A DNA stretch of 64,000 nucleotides from an uncultured Bacilli bacterium (lineage in GTDB: Bacteria; Bacillota_I; Bacilli_A; RF39; UBA660), in NCBI GenBank assembly GCA_944363935.1, contig CALVVT010000073.1, positions 4,226 to 68,225 on the forward strand, written 5' to 3'. This document shows, one piece after another, positions 9,538 through 20,602 of the stretch. The notes beneath the pieces were generated by a model. It saw nothing but the letters and a program-made list of their open reading frames with translations. It did no database searches and was not told the origin of the DNA. Numbering within the stretch: position 1 is the first letter of the stretch; each line of letters opens with the position of its first letter. The translations under genes and the position numbers were made by a program.

Positions 9538-10719
9538 TTACTCTTTTTTCTCAACGATTTCTTTATCAGCAGTTATATCGTCTAAAGTATAATCTAAAAG
9601 TCCATACTTTTTATTGAAAAACTGAAAAATTGTTTTAATAGCTGCAAGGATTGGTGTTGATAAAAGCATTCCAATTATTCCGAAGAAATAACCAAACACA
9701 AGTAATCCTAGCATAATAACAATAGCATTTAATTTAGTCGTTTTTGACATAATAAATGGTTGTAATAAATTACCTTCTAAAAATTGAATAACAACTACGA
9801 TAATTAAAGTTAAAATTCCAATAGTCGGACTTTGCGTAAGACCAACAATTACTGCTGGAGCACCACCAATATAAGGTCCAATATAAGGAATAATATTAGT
9901 AAGTCCACAGAAAAATCCGAATAAAACAGGAGCTTCTAATCCAACTATCCAAAAACCAATCGATGTAAGTACAAATACGGCTCCACAGTCAATAAGGGCT
10001 CCAGTTACATAACTTCTTAAAGAATCATTAACTTCACTTGTAAGTTCAATTCCAGTTTCCCGATATTTAGCTGGTAATAATTTTAAAATACTTTTCATAC
10101 CTCTAAAATTAACCATTAATAAGAAACCGATGATTAAACCAATTGCAAAAGTTCCGATTCCAGAAAATAAACTTGAAACAAAATTAATTAAAGTATTGGG
10201 AAGTGCACTAGATATACCAACAGCAATGTCTTCGAATTTATCAAAAAATTGATTTTTAAGTTCATTAGCATCGATATAATCTAAAGTTTTTAAATAATCA
10301 AATATATTTAAAAACCAACCTTTTATCGAATTAAATATATCTGGAGCAGCTTTAGCAAAATCCATTATTTGACCAGCTAATAAAGGAATTAAAGCTGACA
10401 TAACTAACGCTACAATTACAAATAAAATAATATAAGTAATAATAGTTCCAAATACTCTTTTAATATGTTTTTTTTCTAAAAATGAAACAAATGGTTCAAA
10501 AAGCCAAGCGACAACTAAACCAATAATTAAAGGGACTAATATTTTAATAATAGTTCCAATAAACTCTAAAATTTGGGTTTCTTTAAATAATCTTATAACA
10601 ATATAAATAACCAGAAAAGCCAAAAGTAAATAAATTACTTTTAATACTCTAGCCGATAAGCTTGCTACTTCGTTTATTTTTTTGGTATCAAGCCCATCTA
10701 ATTTATTTTTTTTAAACAT
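9538..10719 (-). CDS. AI-2E family transporter (PerM/UPF0118)
   Basis: 393 aa polytopic membrane protein with AI-2E-like topology and a conserved C-terminal half. Confidence 0.6.
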   Translation of the reverse strand: MFKKNKLDGLDTKKINEVASLSARVLKVIYLLLAFLVIYIVIRLFKETQILEFIGTIIKILVPLIIGLVVAWLFEPFVSFLEKKHIKRVFGTIITYIILFVIVALVMSALIPLLAGQIMDFAKAAPDIFNSIKGWFLNIFDYLKTLDYIDANELKNQFFDKFEDIAVGISSALPNTLINFVSSLFSGIGTFAIGLIIGFLLMVNFRGMKSILKLLPAKYRETGIELTSEVNDSLRSYVTGALIDCGAVFVLTSIGFWIVGLEAPVLFGFFCGLTNIIPYIGPYIGGAPAVIVGLTQSPTIGILTLIIVVVIQFLEGNLLQPFIMSKTTKLNAIVIMLGLLVFGYFFGIIGMLLSTPILAAIKTIFQFFNKKYGLLDYTLDDITADKEIVEKKE

Positions 10720-11261
10720 TAAATACTTAAAAGTTCCTTTTCTTTTTCTTTTAATTTTTCGTCAATTATTTTATTATATTTATTTATAAGATCTTGAACA
10801 TCGTCACTTAACCCTTTTTTATCGTCTTCGGGAATTTCCATTTTTTTAATGTCGTTATTAGCTTCTTGTCTAATATGTCTTAAACTAATACGGCCATCTT
10901 CAGCTAAAGATTTTACTTCTTTAACATATTCCTTTCTAGTATCTTCTGTTAAAGCAGGAATATTTAAAATAATTGCTTCGCCATTATTATTAGGCGTAAG
11001 ACCAATATTAGCCTCAAATATTCCTTTTTCAATAGCCGTTAAACTACTACGATCGAATGGTTTAATCATTAAAATTCTAGCTTCTGGAACAGAAATGGTT
11101 GCGAGTTGTTTTAAAGGAGTATCAGTTCCATAATAATTAACCATTACCGCATCTAATATTGCCGGATTAGCTCTACCTGCCCGGACATTAGTAAAACGTC
11201 TTTCCATTGCTTTTACAGCTTCTTCCATTTTTTCTTCGGTAATCAATAAAATTTCTTCCAT
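10719..11261 (-). CDS. frr: Ribosome recycling factor
   Basis: 180 aa; VRAGRANPAILD and GLTPNNNGEAI motifs match the RRF family. Confidence 0.9.
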   Translation of the reverse strand: MEEILLITEEKMEEAVKAMERRFTNVRAGRANPAILDAVMVNYYGTDTPLKQLATISVPEARILMIKPFDRSSLTAIEKGIFEANIGLTPNNNGEAIILNIPALTEDTRKEYVKEVKSLAEDGRISLRHIRQEANNDIKKMEIPEDDKKGLSDDVQDLINKYNKIIDEKLKEKEKELLSI

Positions 11262-11333
11262 AATTTTCTTTCCTTTCTTATATTATTATAATATATATGT
11301 TTATCCTCTGCAAGTAAAAAATACTTTTTTCTT

Positions 11334-12281
11334 TTATTTTATCTTTTTTTTGGTAGCTACTTTTTTTAATTTACTTAAAGCTTTTTGTTCATATAAACGT
11401 GTTGTACTAATATTTCTTTTAATAACTGAAGAAACTTCTTTTAATTTTTGACATTCACCATAAAACCCATAACGAAGTTTCAATATTTCTCTTTCTTCGT
11501 CAGTTAATAAATCACTATTAAGTAAATTATCAACTTTTTCATTTAACAATTTGTTTTCGACTGTTAAACTAATATTTTCTTCACTAGCAAGAAAATCACC
11601 AAGTTCTTTTTCTTCTTCGATAACTGGTTCATTTAAACTAGAAAATTTAGAGATATAAATATTATAACTTTCTATCTCGTCATTAGAAAGGCCAAAAGAT
11701 TTTAAAGTAGCTTGATTGGCTTCTTTACCAGTAATTTGGTAATATTCTTTAACTTTTCTCACTATTTCATTAAATTTAGCTATTTTATTTTTAGGGAAAT
11801 GAATCATTTTTCTATTATTAATAAAACTTTTTATTTGTGACTCTATACATATAACTGCATAACTAGAAAATTTTAAATTTCTTTTTAAATCAAAGTTTTT
11901 TAAAGCTATCATAAGTCCAATATTACCAGTACCAATTAAATCAATTAATTCTATACTATCATTTTTATGGCATTCTTTAGCTATTTTTATTACTAATTTT
12001 AAATTATTTTTAATAAATTCTTCCCGGGCCATAAATGATTTTTTTATAGCTTTCATTAATACTTCTTCTTTATTTTCGGCTTTTTGATATTCAGTTAAAA
12101 AATCAGGATTAACTTCTAAATAATACGCTAAATATTCCTTTTTTTGTTCTTCACCTACTTCACTTAAAAAAGATAACTTTAAGTTTTTTAACATATACTG
12201 TTCTTCTTCTTTAGTATATATTTTATGCCCTCCATTATTAACAATAAAATCTTTTAAAATATCTGTACTAAAATATTTCAT
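11334..12281 (-). CDS. Sigma-70 family RNA polymerase sigma factor (group not resolved)
   Basis: 315 aa. Region 2 (LIDLIGTGNIGLMIALKNFD..YAVICI) and region 4 HTH (EREILKLRYGF...TTRLYEQKALSKLK). Confidence 0.7.
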   Translation of the reverse strand: MKYFSTDILKDFIVNNGGHKIYTKEEEQYMLKNLKLSFLSEVGEEQKKEYLAYYLEVNPDFLTEYQKAENKEEVLMKAIKKSFMAREEFIKNNLKLVIKIAKECHKNDSIELIDLIGTGNIGLMIALKNFDLKRNLKFSSYAVICIESQIKSFINNRKMIHFPKNKIAKFNEIVRKVKEYYQITGKEANQATLKSFGLSNDEIESYNIYISKFSSLNEPVIEEEKELGDFLASEENISLTVENKLLNEKVDNLLNSDLLTDEEREILKLRYGFYGECQKLKEVSSVIKRNISTTRLYEQKALSKLKKVATKKKIK

Positions 12282-12352
12282 AAACCCTCCAACTTGGCTT
12301 ATATAATAACAGTTTTCCTTTATTTCGTCAATAGAAAAAAATAGGCTTTAAC

Positions 12353-13477
12353 CTATTTTAAATATTCTTTTAACTTTCTAAAATCAGGACTATCGTCAAG
12401 ATTAGTTTTAGCTAGTTGTTCAAACAATTTCTTTTGATCTCGTGATAATTTCTGCGGAATTTTAACATCGATAATAACATACATATCCCCTTTTCTAAAA
12501 GAATTTATCGCACTAATACCTTTACCTCTTAACCGGTGTTTATCGCCAGATTCACTACCAGCAGGAATTGTTAATTTAACAACACCATCTAATGTTGGAA
12601 TTTCTTTTTTACAACCTAAAGCTGCTTCTGAAATGGTAATTGGTAAAGTTAAATAAACATCATTACCTTCTCTTACAAATAAATCATGTTTTCTAACATA
12701 AAATTCTAAATAAACATCTCCATTAGGGCCACCATTACTTCCAGCTTCGCCTTTACCAGCTATTCGCAGCTGATTACCAGTATCAACACCAGCTGGAACT
12801 TTTACTTCTAATTCTTTACGAACTCTTACACTACCAGTTCCATGACATTTAGAGCATTCTTTAGCATAAGTAGTTCCTTTACCCTCACATTTATCACAAG
12901 TAGTTCTAGTCATAAAAGTCCCAAATAAAGTTTGTTGTTGGGCAGTTATAGTTCCCGAACCACCACATTTATCACAAGTTTTTTCGTCAAAACCACCTTT
13001 ACCATGACAAGCTTCACAAGTATCATTAACATCTAAAGTAATAGTTTTTGTCGTTCCTTTTACTGCTTCTTCAAATGTTAAATCAACTCTAATTATTTTA
13101 TCTCTACCTTTACGACCTCTAGCTTTTGAAGACGAAAAATCACCAAAACCAAAATTACTAAAACCACCAAAACTTTGACCAAATAAATCACTAAAAATAT
13201 CGGAAAAATCAAAATCACTGAAATCATAACCACCGGCACCATTGTTATTAAAGGCAGCATGTCCAAACTGATCATATTGCTTACGTTTATTTTCGTCAGA
13301 CAAAACCGCATAAGCTTCTTGAGCTTCTTTAAATTTTTCAGCGGCATCTGGTTCTTTAGATACATCAGGGTGGTATTTTTTCGCAAGTTTTCGAAAAGCA
13401 CTTTTTATTTCTGCAGAACTTGCATCTTTAGAAACACCTAGGACTTCATAATAATCTTTTTTATTCAACTTTCTCAC
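12353..13477 (-). CDS. dnaJ: Molecular chaperone DnaJ
   Basis: J domain (DYYEVLGV...KYHPD), G/F-rich linker and four CxxCxGxG zinc-finger repeats. Confidence 0.95.
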   Translation of the reverse strand: MRKLNKKDYYEVLGVSKDASSAEIKSAFRKLAKKYHPDVSKEPDAAEKFKEAQEAYAVLSDENKRKQYDQFGHAAFNNNGAGGYDFSDFDFSDIFSDLFGQSFGGFSNFGFGDFSSSKARGRKGRDKIIRVDLTFEEAVKGTTKTITLDVNDTCEACHGKGGFDEKTCDKCGGSGTITAQQQTLFGTFMTRTTCDKCEGKGTTYAKECSKCHGTGSVRVRKELEVKVPAGVDTGNQLRIAGKGEAGSNGGPNGDVYLEFYVRKHDLFVREGNDVYLTLPITISEAALGCKKEIPTLDGVVKLTIPAGSESGDKHRLRGKGISAINSFRKGDMYVIIDVKIPQKLSRDQKKLFEQLAKTNLDDSPDFRKLKEYLK

Positions 13478-15261
13478 CTCCCATTATAAAGGTCTTCAAA
13501 CTCATTTAAATATTTTTCAAACATATCAACTGCACTTTGAATAACTTCTGGTTTTGTTAAATCCACACCAGCTACTTTAAGTTCGTCAAGTGGATACATT
13601 GTACTACCAGTTTTTAAAAATTGCAAGTAATTTTCGACAGCATTTTCTTTATCACTTAAAATATCATTAACTATGTGGCAAGCAGCTGATAGACCAGTTG
13701 CATATTTATAAACATAAAAATTGTAATAAAAATGCGGAACTCTTTGCCATTCGTATGCGATATCTTCGTCAACCAAAGTATTTTCACCAAAATATAATTT
13801 ACATAAATCATAGTAAATTTTATTAAACTCTTCGGTAGTCAATACTTCTTCATTATCGGCTTTTTGTCCTATAATATTTTCAAATTCAGCAAACATTGTT
13901 TGTCTATAAATGGTTGATTGAAATAACCCTAAAAGTTCATTTAAAATATATAATTTTTCTTCTTTAGTTTCCGCTTTTGCTAACAGATTATTAGCTAATA
14001 ATAATTCATTAACAGTTGAAGCAACTTCAGCTACAAAAATCGAATATCCAGAATACTGATATGGATTTTTATTAGCATAATAAGTATGCATAGAATGACC
14101 TAATTCGTGAATTAAAGTAGAAACATCACGATATTTTCCCATATAATTAGTTAATATAAAAGGATTACTATCATAAGCGCCCCCAGAATAAGCTCCACTT
14201 ACTTTATTTTTATTAGGATAAAAATCTATCCAGCGTTCTTTGAAAGCTTTTTTTACAGTATTTACATAATCTTCCCCAAATACCTTAACAGTATCAATAA
14301 TAACATCATAAGCTTCTTTTAAGCTATATTTTTTATCATTTTTATTAACTAAACTAACATACATATCATATAAATGTAATTCGTCTAATTTTAAAACTTG
14401 TTTACGAAGTTTATAATAACTATGTAATTTATCTAAATTCTCATGAATAACATTAATTAAATTATCATAAACTTCTTCACTAATATTATCGGCAAATAAA
14501 GCGGCTTCTCTACTACTTTTATATTTATTTACTTTACTAATTACCGCTAAAGACTCAAAATGATTTTTTAAAATTAATGCATATGTATTATTAAACTGTT
14601 TATAAGTCTTGTAAAGTTTTGAAAAAGCTTCTTTTCTAATACTTCTATCATTGTCGCTTAAAAAATTAATATAACTTGATTCATTTAAAACTTGCTCTTT
14701 GCCATCTTTTAAAACAAAACCAAAAGACATATCACTATTTGATAAAACACTTGCAAGTTCGTCATTATCAGCAAAAGCTTTAGATATAGTAGCCATTAAT
14801 TTTTCTTCTTTTTTTGATAAGATATGTTTTTTATAACGATATTCTTGTTTTAAAATAAACTCATAATCTTTTTTTAAAGCTGGCAGTTCTTCATAAAATT
14901 TAACAATTTTTTGATAATCTACTTCCATTAAATTAGGACCAAAGCTACTAGTTTTTTGATTAAATTTATTAAGTAAATCTATAACTATTTGCTTATATCC
15001 TTGATATTTAGTATTAGTTATATCCTCGTCGGCTTTTTGAAAAACATATTTATAAATTTTTTCTAGTTTTCTATTTATTTTATAATTATTTTCTAAAGCG
15101 TTATAAAGATTGCTTGCACTATCTAACATATTATCAAAAGTTAAAACGGTAATTTCTTTTTTTACATCCTCAATGTCTTTATCAAGTTCAGTTTCACTTT
15201 TATAAATTGTGCTTAAATCCCACTTATATTTTTCTTCAATTTCATCTCTTGTTTTTTCCAC
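13474..15261 (-). CDS. pepF: Oligoendopeptidase F (M3B metallopeptidase)
   Basis: 595 aa with the HELGHSMH zinc motif and PepF-like architecture. It sits between dnaK and dnaJ. Confidence 0.85.
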   Translation of the reverse strand: MEKTRDEIEEKYKWDLSTIYKSETELDKDIEDVKKEITVLTFDNMLDSASNLYNALENNYKINRKLEKIYKYVFQKADEDITNTKYQGYKQIVIDLLNKFNQKTSSFGPNLMEVDYQKIVKFYEELPALKKDYEFILKQEYRYKKHILSKKEEKLMATISKAFADNDELASVLSNSDMSFGFVLKDGKEQVLNESSYINFLSDNDRSIRKEAFSKLYKTYKQFNNTYALILKNHFESLAVISKVNKYKSSREAALFADNISEEVYDNLINVIHENLDKLHSYYKLRKQVLKLDELHLYDMYVSLVNKNDKKYSLKEAYDVIIDTVKVFGEDYVNTVKKAFKERWIDFYPNKNKVSGAYSGGAYDSNPFILTNYMGKYRDVSTLIHELGHSMHTYYANKNPYQYSGYSIFVAEVASTVNELLLANNLLAKAETKEEKLYILNELLGLFQSTIYRQTMFAEFENIIGQKADNEEVLTTEEFNKIYYDLCKLYFGENTLVDEDIAYEWQRVPHFYYNFYVYKYATGLSAACHIVNDILSDKENAVENYLQFLKTGSTMYPLDELKVAGVDLTKPEVIQSAVDMFEKYLNEFEDLYNGR

Positions 15262-15308
15262 AGTTTTCTCCTTTTCTTTATAATGAGAAAGTTCTAGTTT
15301 CCTAGAAC

Positions 15309-17129
<1,821 letters not shown>

Positions 17130-17142
17130 TCATTCCTTTCTT

Positions 17143-17670
17143 TTATTCACTAACTTTGACCATCGCTGGTCTTATTACTTTATCTTTAAGTAAATAACCT
17201 TTTTGTAATACTTCAATAACCATTCCTGGTTTTTCACCTTTTTCAGTAAGAACTGCTTGGTGATAAATTGGATCAAATTCTTTATTATCACCATCAATAG
17301 CTTTTACACCATATTTTTCTAATGTTTCTAATAAATGACAATAAATCATTTTAAATCCTTCTAAAAATTTTGATAATTCGTCTTCAAGATTATCGTCGTC
17401 AAGTTTAATTGCTCTTTCAAAATTATCAATTGATGGAAGTATTTCTTTTACTAAATCTTCATTAGCATATTTTAACATTTTTGTAACTTCCTCATCTTTT
17501 CTTTTACGATAATTTACATTATCAGCCTGAAGACGAAGTAAAGCTTCTTCTAATTCTTGGATTTTTTTTATATTTTCGTCACATTTACAAGCTTTTTCTT
17601 TTTTATGTGTTTTTTTAACCTCTTTTTTTTCTTCTTTTTTAGGTTCTTCTTTTACTTCTTTTTCGTCCAT
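17143..17670 (-). CDS. grpE: Nucleotide exchange factor GrpE
   Basis: Coiled-coil N-terminus plus the GrpE C-terminal beta domain (GYLLKDKVIRPAMVKV). Confidence 0.9.
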   Translation of the reverse strand: MDEKEVKEEPKKEEKKEVKKTHKKEKACKCDENIKKIQELEEALLRLQADNVNYRKRKDEEVTKMLKYANEDLVKEILPSIDNFERAIKLDDDNLEDELSKFLEGFKMIYCHLLETLEKYGVKAIDGDNKEFDPIYHQAVLTEKGEKPGMVIEVLQKGYLLKDKVIRPAMVKVSE

Positions 17671-17674
17671 TTTT

Positions 17675-18667
17675 TCACCTAATTCCTATATTATTTTTTA
17701 TGTAATTAAGTAAAGCTTCAGCTTTGCCGTACTCCATTCTTTTTGGCCCAATTAAAGCTATTGTTCCTTCTTCACCATCTTTATAATATGAAGTTTTTAT
17801 AATAGAAACATCGTCGTCTAATAAATTTTCGCTACCAATATATATTTGAATACTATCGTCATTAGATTTTATCGATTTTATTAAATTAGAATCGTCAAAC
17901 TTATTTAATAGTTCTCTTATTTTATCGGCATCGTTAAATTCTGGCTCCATTAATAAATTACCAGTACCACTTACTTTAACTTTCATTTTAGAACTAAATT
18001 CACTAAAAGCATTATAGAAAGCTTCATACAAAGCTTCATACTGGTCAGTATAAGAAGCTATTGCTGGTTTTACTTCAAATTCTAATACTTCTGGAACTTC
18101 GGTAAGTGGAAGGCCTACGATAAATTTATTAATGATATCAACCGTTTTTTTGACTTCTGTCCTATTAATAAACTCACTAATAAAAATAGGTTTGTTTTCA
18201 ACATGGCCTTTATCAGTAATAATAATTGCTAAAAGCTTATTATCACTAATTGGTACGACTTCTACTTTAGCAACTTTATTATCTTTAGACGAGCTACCTA
18301 AAACAACAGTGGTATAATGCGTTAGTTCTGATACAATTTCCATACTTTTCGTAATCGCATCAGATAAAACTAAACTATTATTTTTAAATATTTTTTGAAG
18401 TTTTAAAACATCTTTTCCAGTAAGCTCTTCCGGATCCATTAAATTATCAACGTAATAACGATAACCTAAATCACTAGGAACTCTTCCAGAAGAAATATGT
18501 GTTTTTTCAAGTAATCCTTCTTTTTCTAAAGCTGCCATTTCATTACGAATAGTTGCACTTGAACAATTCATAATATCTTCTAATGCTTTTGAACTAACTG
18601 GTACTACTGTTTTAATATAATCTTCAACAATTAGTTTTAATAAATTTTCTTGTCTTGGTGTTAACAT
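17675..18667 (-). CDS. hrcA: Heat-inducible transcription repressor HrcA
   Basis: 330 aa with an N-terminal wHTH (MLTPRQENLLKLIVEDY) and HrcA architecture. It is the first gene of the hrcA-grpE-dnaK operon. Confidence 0.9.
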   Translation of the reverse strand: MLTPRQENLLKLIVEDYIKTVVPVSSKALEDIMNCSSATIRNEMAALEKEGLLEKTHISSGRVPSDLGYRYYVDNLMDPEELTGKDVLKLQKIFKNNSLVLSDAITKSMEIVSELTHYTTVVLGSSSKDNKVAKVEVVPISDNKLLAIIITDKGHVENKPIFISEFINRTEVKKTVDIINKFIVGLPLTEVPEVLEFEVKPAIASYTDQYEALYEAFYNAFSEFSSKMKVKVSGTGNLLMEPEFNDADKIRELLNKFDDSNLIKSIKSNDDSIQIYIGSENLLDDDVSIIKTSYYKDGEEGTIALIGPKRMEYGKAEALLNYIKNNIGIR

Positions 18668-18680
18668 TACATCACCTCTT

Positions 18681-18753
18681 TTAGCACTCTTTTCTAACGA
18701 TTGCTACTACATTATAACATTATATGTTAGCACTGTCAATAATATTCTGCTAA
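18681..18753 (-). promoter_or_regulatory. hrcA promoter (TTGACA-17-TATAAT) flanked by and overlapping two CIRCE-like inverted repeats
   Basis: Minus strand has -35 TTGACA (fwd 18734-18739) and -10 TATAAT (fwd 18711-18716). CIRCE-1 at fwd 18681-18707 reads GTAGCAATC-N9-GAGTGCTAA on the minus strand. CIRCE-2 at 18727-18753 reads TTAGCAgaa-N9-cAGTGCTAA. RBS GAGGTGA follows. Confidence 0.8.
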
Positions 18754-18784
18754 AAAATAAAAGTTTTACAAAAAAAAAGGAAGT

Positions 18785-19111
18785 TTATTCTTTCCTTTTA
18801 TTTTTTCTATAACCGTCACCCACTATTTTCATAACATCAACACTAAATTTATCCATGTTGATTACTCGCGAAATAAAATCTTCAGACATACCTTCTTTTT
18901 CTAAATTATGGATAACTTCAGCAAATACAGTTTTAATGCCGTCATTACATCCAATCAAATAACCAAGCTGATAACCAACATCCTTAACTTTAGCGGTATA
19001 CGTTTCAATTTCACCTGTATCATCTTTTTCTATACAATTAAAATCTGGAATAACTTTTAAGTTAAACATTATTCTTTTAACTTCTAAATTTTTTAAATCT
19101 TCTTTTTTCAA
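18785..19111 (-). CDS. Hypothetical protein (108 aa)
   Basis: Intact ORF with an RBS; no family recognised. Confidence 0.4.
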   Translation of the reverse strand: MKKEDLKNLEVKRIMFNLKVIPDFNCIEKDDTGEIETYTAKVKDVGYQLGYLIGCNDGIKTVFAEVIHNLEKEGMSEDFISRVINMDKFSVDVMKIVGDGYRKNKRKE

Positions 19112-19151
19112 TATTCTTTATCTCCCTTCTGTTTAAGTAAAAGGAAAAGTA

Positions 19152-19496
19152 CTAATGACTTTTCCCTGATAAAAATGTAACTTTTTCAGCTATCACTTCG
19201 GTAAAATATTTTGGACCTTCTTCCGTTTCATAATTTGAGGTTTGGATACGACCTTTAATGCCAACTAAATCTCCTTTCTTACAATACTCACTCGTACTTT
19301 CAGCCACTCCTTGCCATAATTTACAGCCAATAAAATCAGTATCATACTGGCCATCAATATTTTTATATGAGCGTGGTACGGCTAAAGTTACGCGGGATAC
19401 TTTCTTTCCAGATTCGGTTTCATATAGTTCAGGGTCATTGACAAGGCGACCTACTAATACGGTCTGATTTAACACTCTATCACCTCCCTTCGCCAT
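19152..19496 (-). CDS. ssb: Single-stranded DNA-binding protein, short SsbB-like form lacking the acidic C-terminal tail
   Basis: 114 aa OB fold (TVLVGRLVNDPELYETESGKKVSRVTLAV...). The length is typical of competence-type SsbB in Bacillota. Confidence 0.8.
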   Translation of the reverse strand: MAKGGDRVLNQTVLVGRLVNDPELYETESGKKVSRVTLAVPRSYKNIDGQYDTDFIGCKLWQGVAESTSEYCKKGDLVGIKGRIQTSNYETEEGPKYFTEVIAEKVTFLSGKSH

Positions 19497-19643
19497 TAAT
19501 ATTACATTATTAAGTGAAAACCATCAACAAGCCATTTTTTAATTTTTGGCTTGTTTTTATTATAAAAAAGGTAATATTTTATATAGGCAATTATATATAT
19601 TTGTTTAAAAAAATACCCTTAATTCATAAAAATTAAAGGTATT

Positions 19644-19694
19644 TAAAAAAGTACGGCTAACCCGAGAAAAACGACGATAAATTGGGTTAGCCGT
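19644..19694 (-). terminator. Rho-independent terminator (12-bp GC-rich stem plus U-run) downstream of the small family gene
   Basis: TACGGCTAACCC (19651-19662) pairs with GGGTTAGCCGTA (19683-19694) around a 20-nt loop. The minus strand is followed by CTTTTTT (fwd A-run 19644-19649). Confidence 0.7.
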
Positions 19695-19854
19695 ATATAT
19701 TTATACTTATTAGATAGTATTTATTATTATATATTATATTTATAGATACTATATACTAGTATCTGTATATAATTAATATATAGTATTATATGTTCTATTA
19801 TATAGAGATTATATTGTTAGCTGGTATTATCAGAGTTCTCTAATAACTAAAAAT

Positions 19855-20250
19855 CTATGATAACTGGTATGGATTATTTTGACTCCCATTACCTCCAGTT
19901 ATTTTAACCGCTTCATTATTACTATTAGTAATACCAATAGTTTCTAATTTCGCATCAAATGTTCCTTTATTTTCGACAATAATACTATATTCTACATAAT
20001 CTCCTTTTTCATATAAATTAGCTTCTAAACTTGCTGATAAATCATTATAAGTGTTTTTAACATTTTCTCCCGTTCCATTTGTATCAGTTACGTCGGCACT
20101 TATTATTTTAATATCCCAAGTACTACTAATATCAGTTGTCCCCGTAATATTAATACTTGTTTTAAAAGCCGCATAGCCTATCCCCATTAAACATAAAATG
20201 CATATTAAAATAAATATAACAATTTTATTTCTTCTTTTTTCCCTATACAT
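19855..20250 (-). CDS. Small secreted protein of the GIGYAAF family (TasA/SipW-cognate-like signal; C-terminal GNGSQNNPYQLS)
   Basis: 131 aa, MYREKRRNKIV..LMGIGYAAFKTSINITGTTDISSTWDIKI. Paralogous to 38317-38664, 32982-35899 and 60137-62094. Confidence 0.75.
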   Translation of the reverse strand: MYREKRRNKIVIFILICILCLMGIGYAAFKTSINITGTTDISSTWDIKIISADVTDTNGTGENVKNTYNDLSASLEANLYEKGDYVEYSIIVENKGTFDAKLETIGITNSNNEAVKITGGNGSQNNPYQLS

Positions 20251-20391
20251 AGTTCCTCCATAAAATTATTATTCACGTCGCTTATTTTATAATCATATAA
20301 ATTATAATTTAAAAAGCCCTTATAATCCACGACATTTTGTATCGTGGCACTAAAATTATTTATATGAAATAATATTTTTATTGGTGATACT

Positions 20392-20580
20392 ATGATAAAA
20401 CAATATAGAGAAAAATGTGGGTTTACTCAAGAACAATTAGCTGAAATTTTAGAAATAAGTTGGAGACAACTTCAAAGAATAGAAAAAGATGAAACTAAAA
20501 CTAAAATAAGCACATTAAAAAAAATAATTAAAGTTTTAAATATACCCGACGAAGAAATAATTAAATTAATGAAAAAATAG
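20392..20580 (+). CDS. XRE-family HTH transcriptional regulator (62 aa)
   Basis: GFTQEQLAEILEISWRQLQRIE helix-turn-helix. Divergently transcribed from the family gene 19855-20250. Confidence 0.75.
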   Translation: MIKQYREKCGFTQEQLAEILEISWRQLQRIEKDETKTKISTLKKIIKVLNIPDEEIIKLMKK

Positions 20581-20602
20581 CTATCAATTTTCCTGATAGC
20601 TT

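Noticed and set aside
19700-19850. Extremely AT-rich region with a short palindrome (AGATACT-N7-AGTATCT), considered as a dif/recombination site or mobile-element end
   Set aside because: It does not match the Bacillota dif consensus and has no flanking integrase or transposase. It is probably low-complexity intergenic DNA upstream of the terminator.
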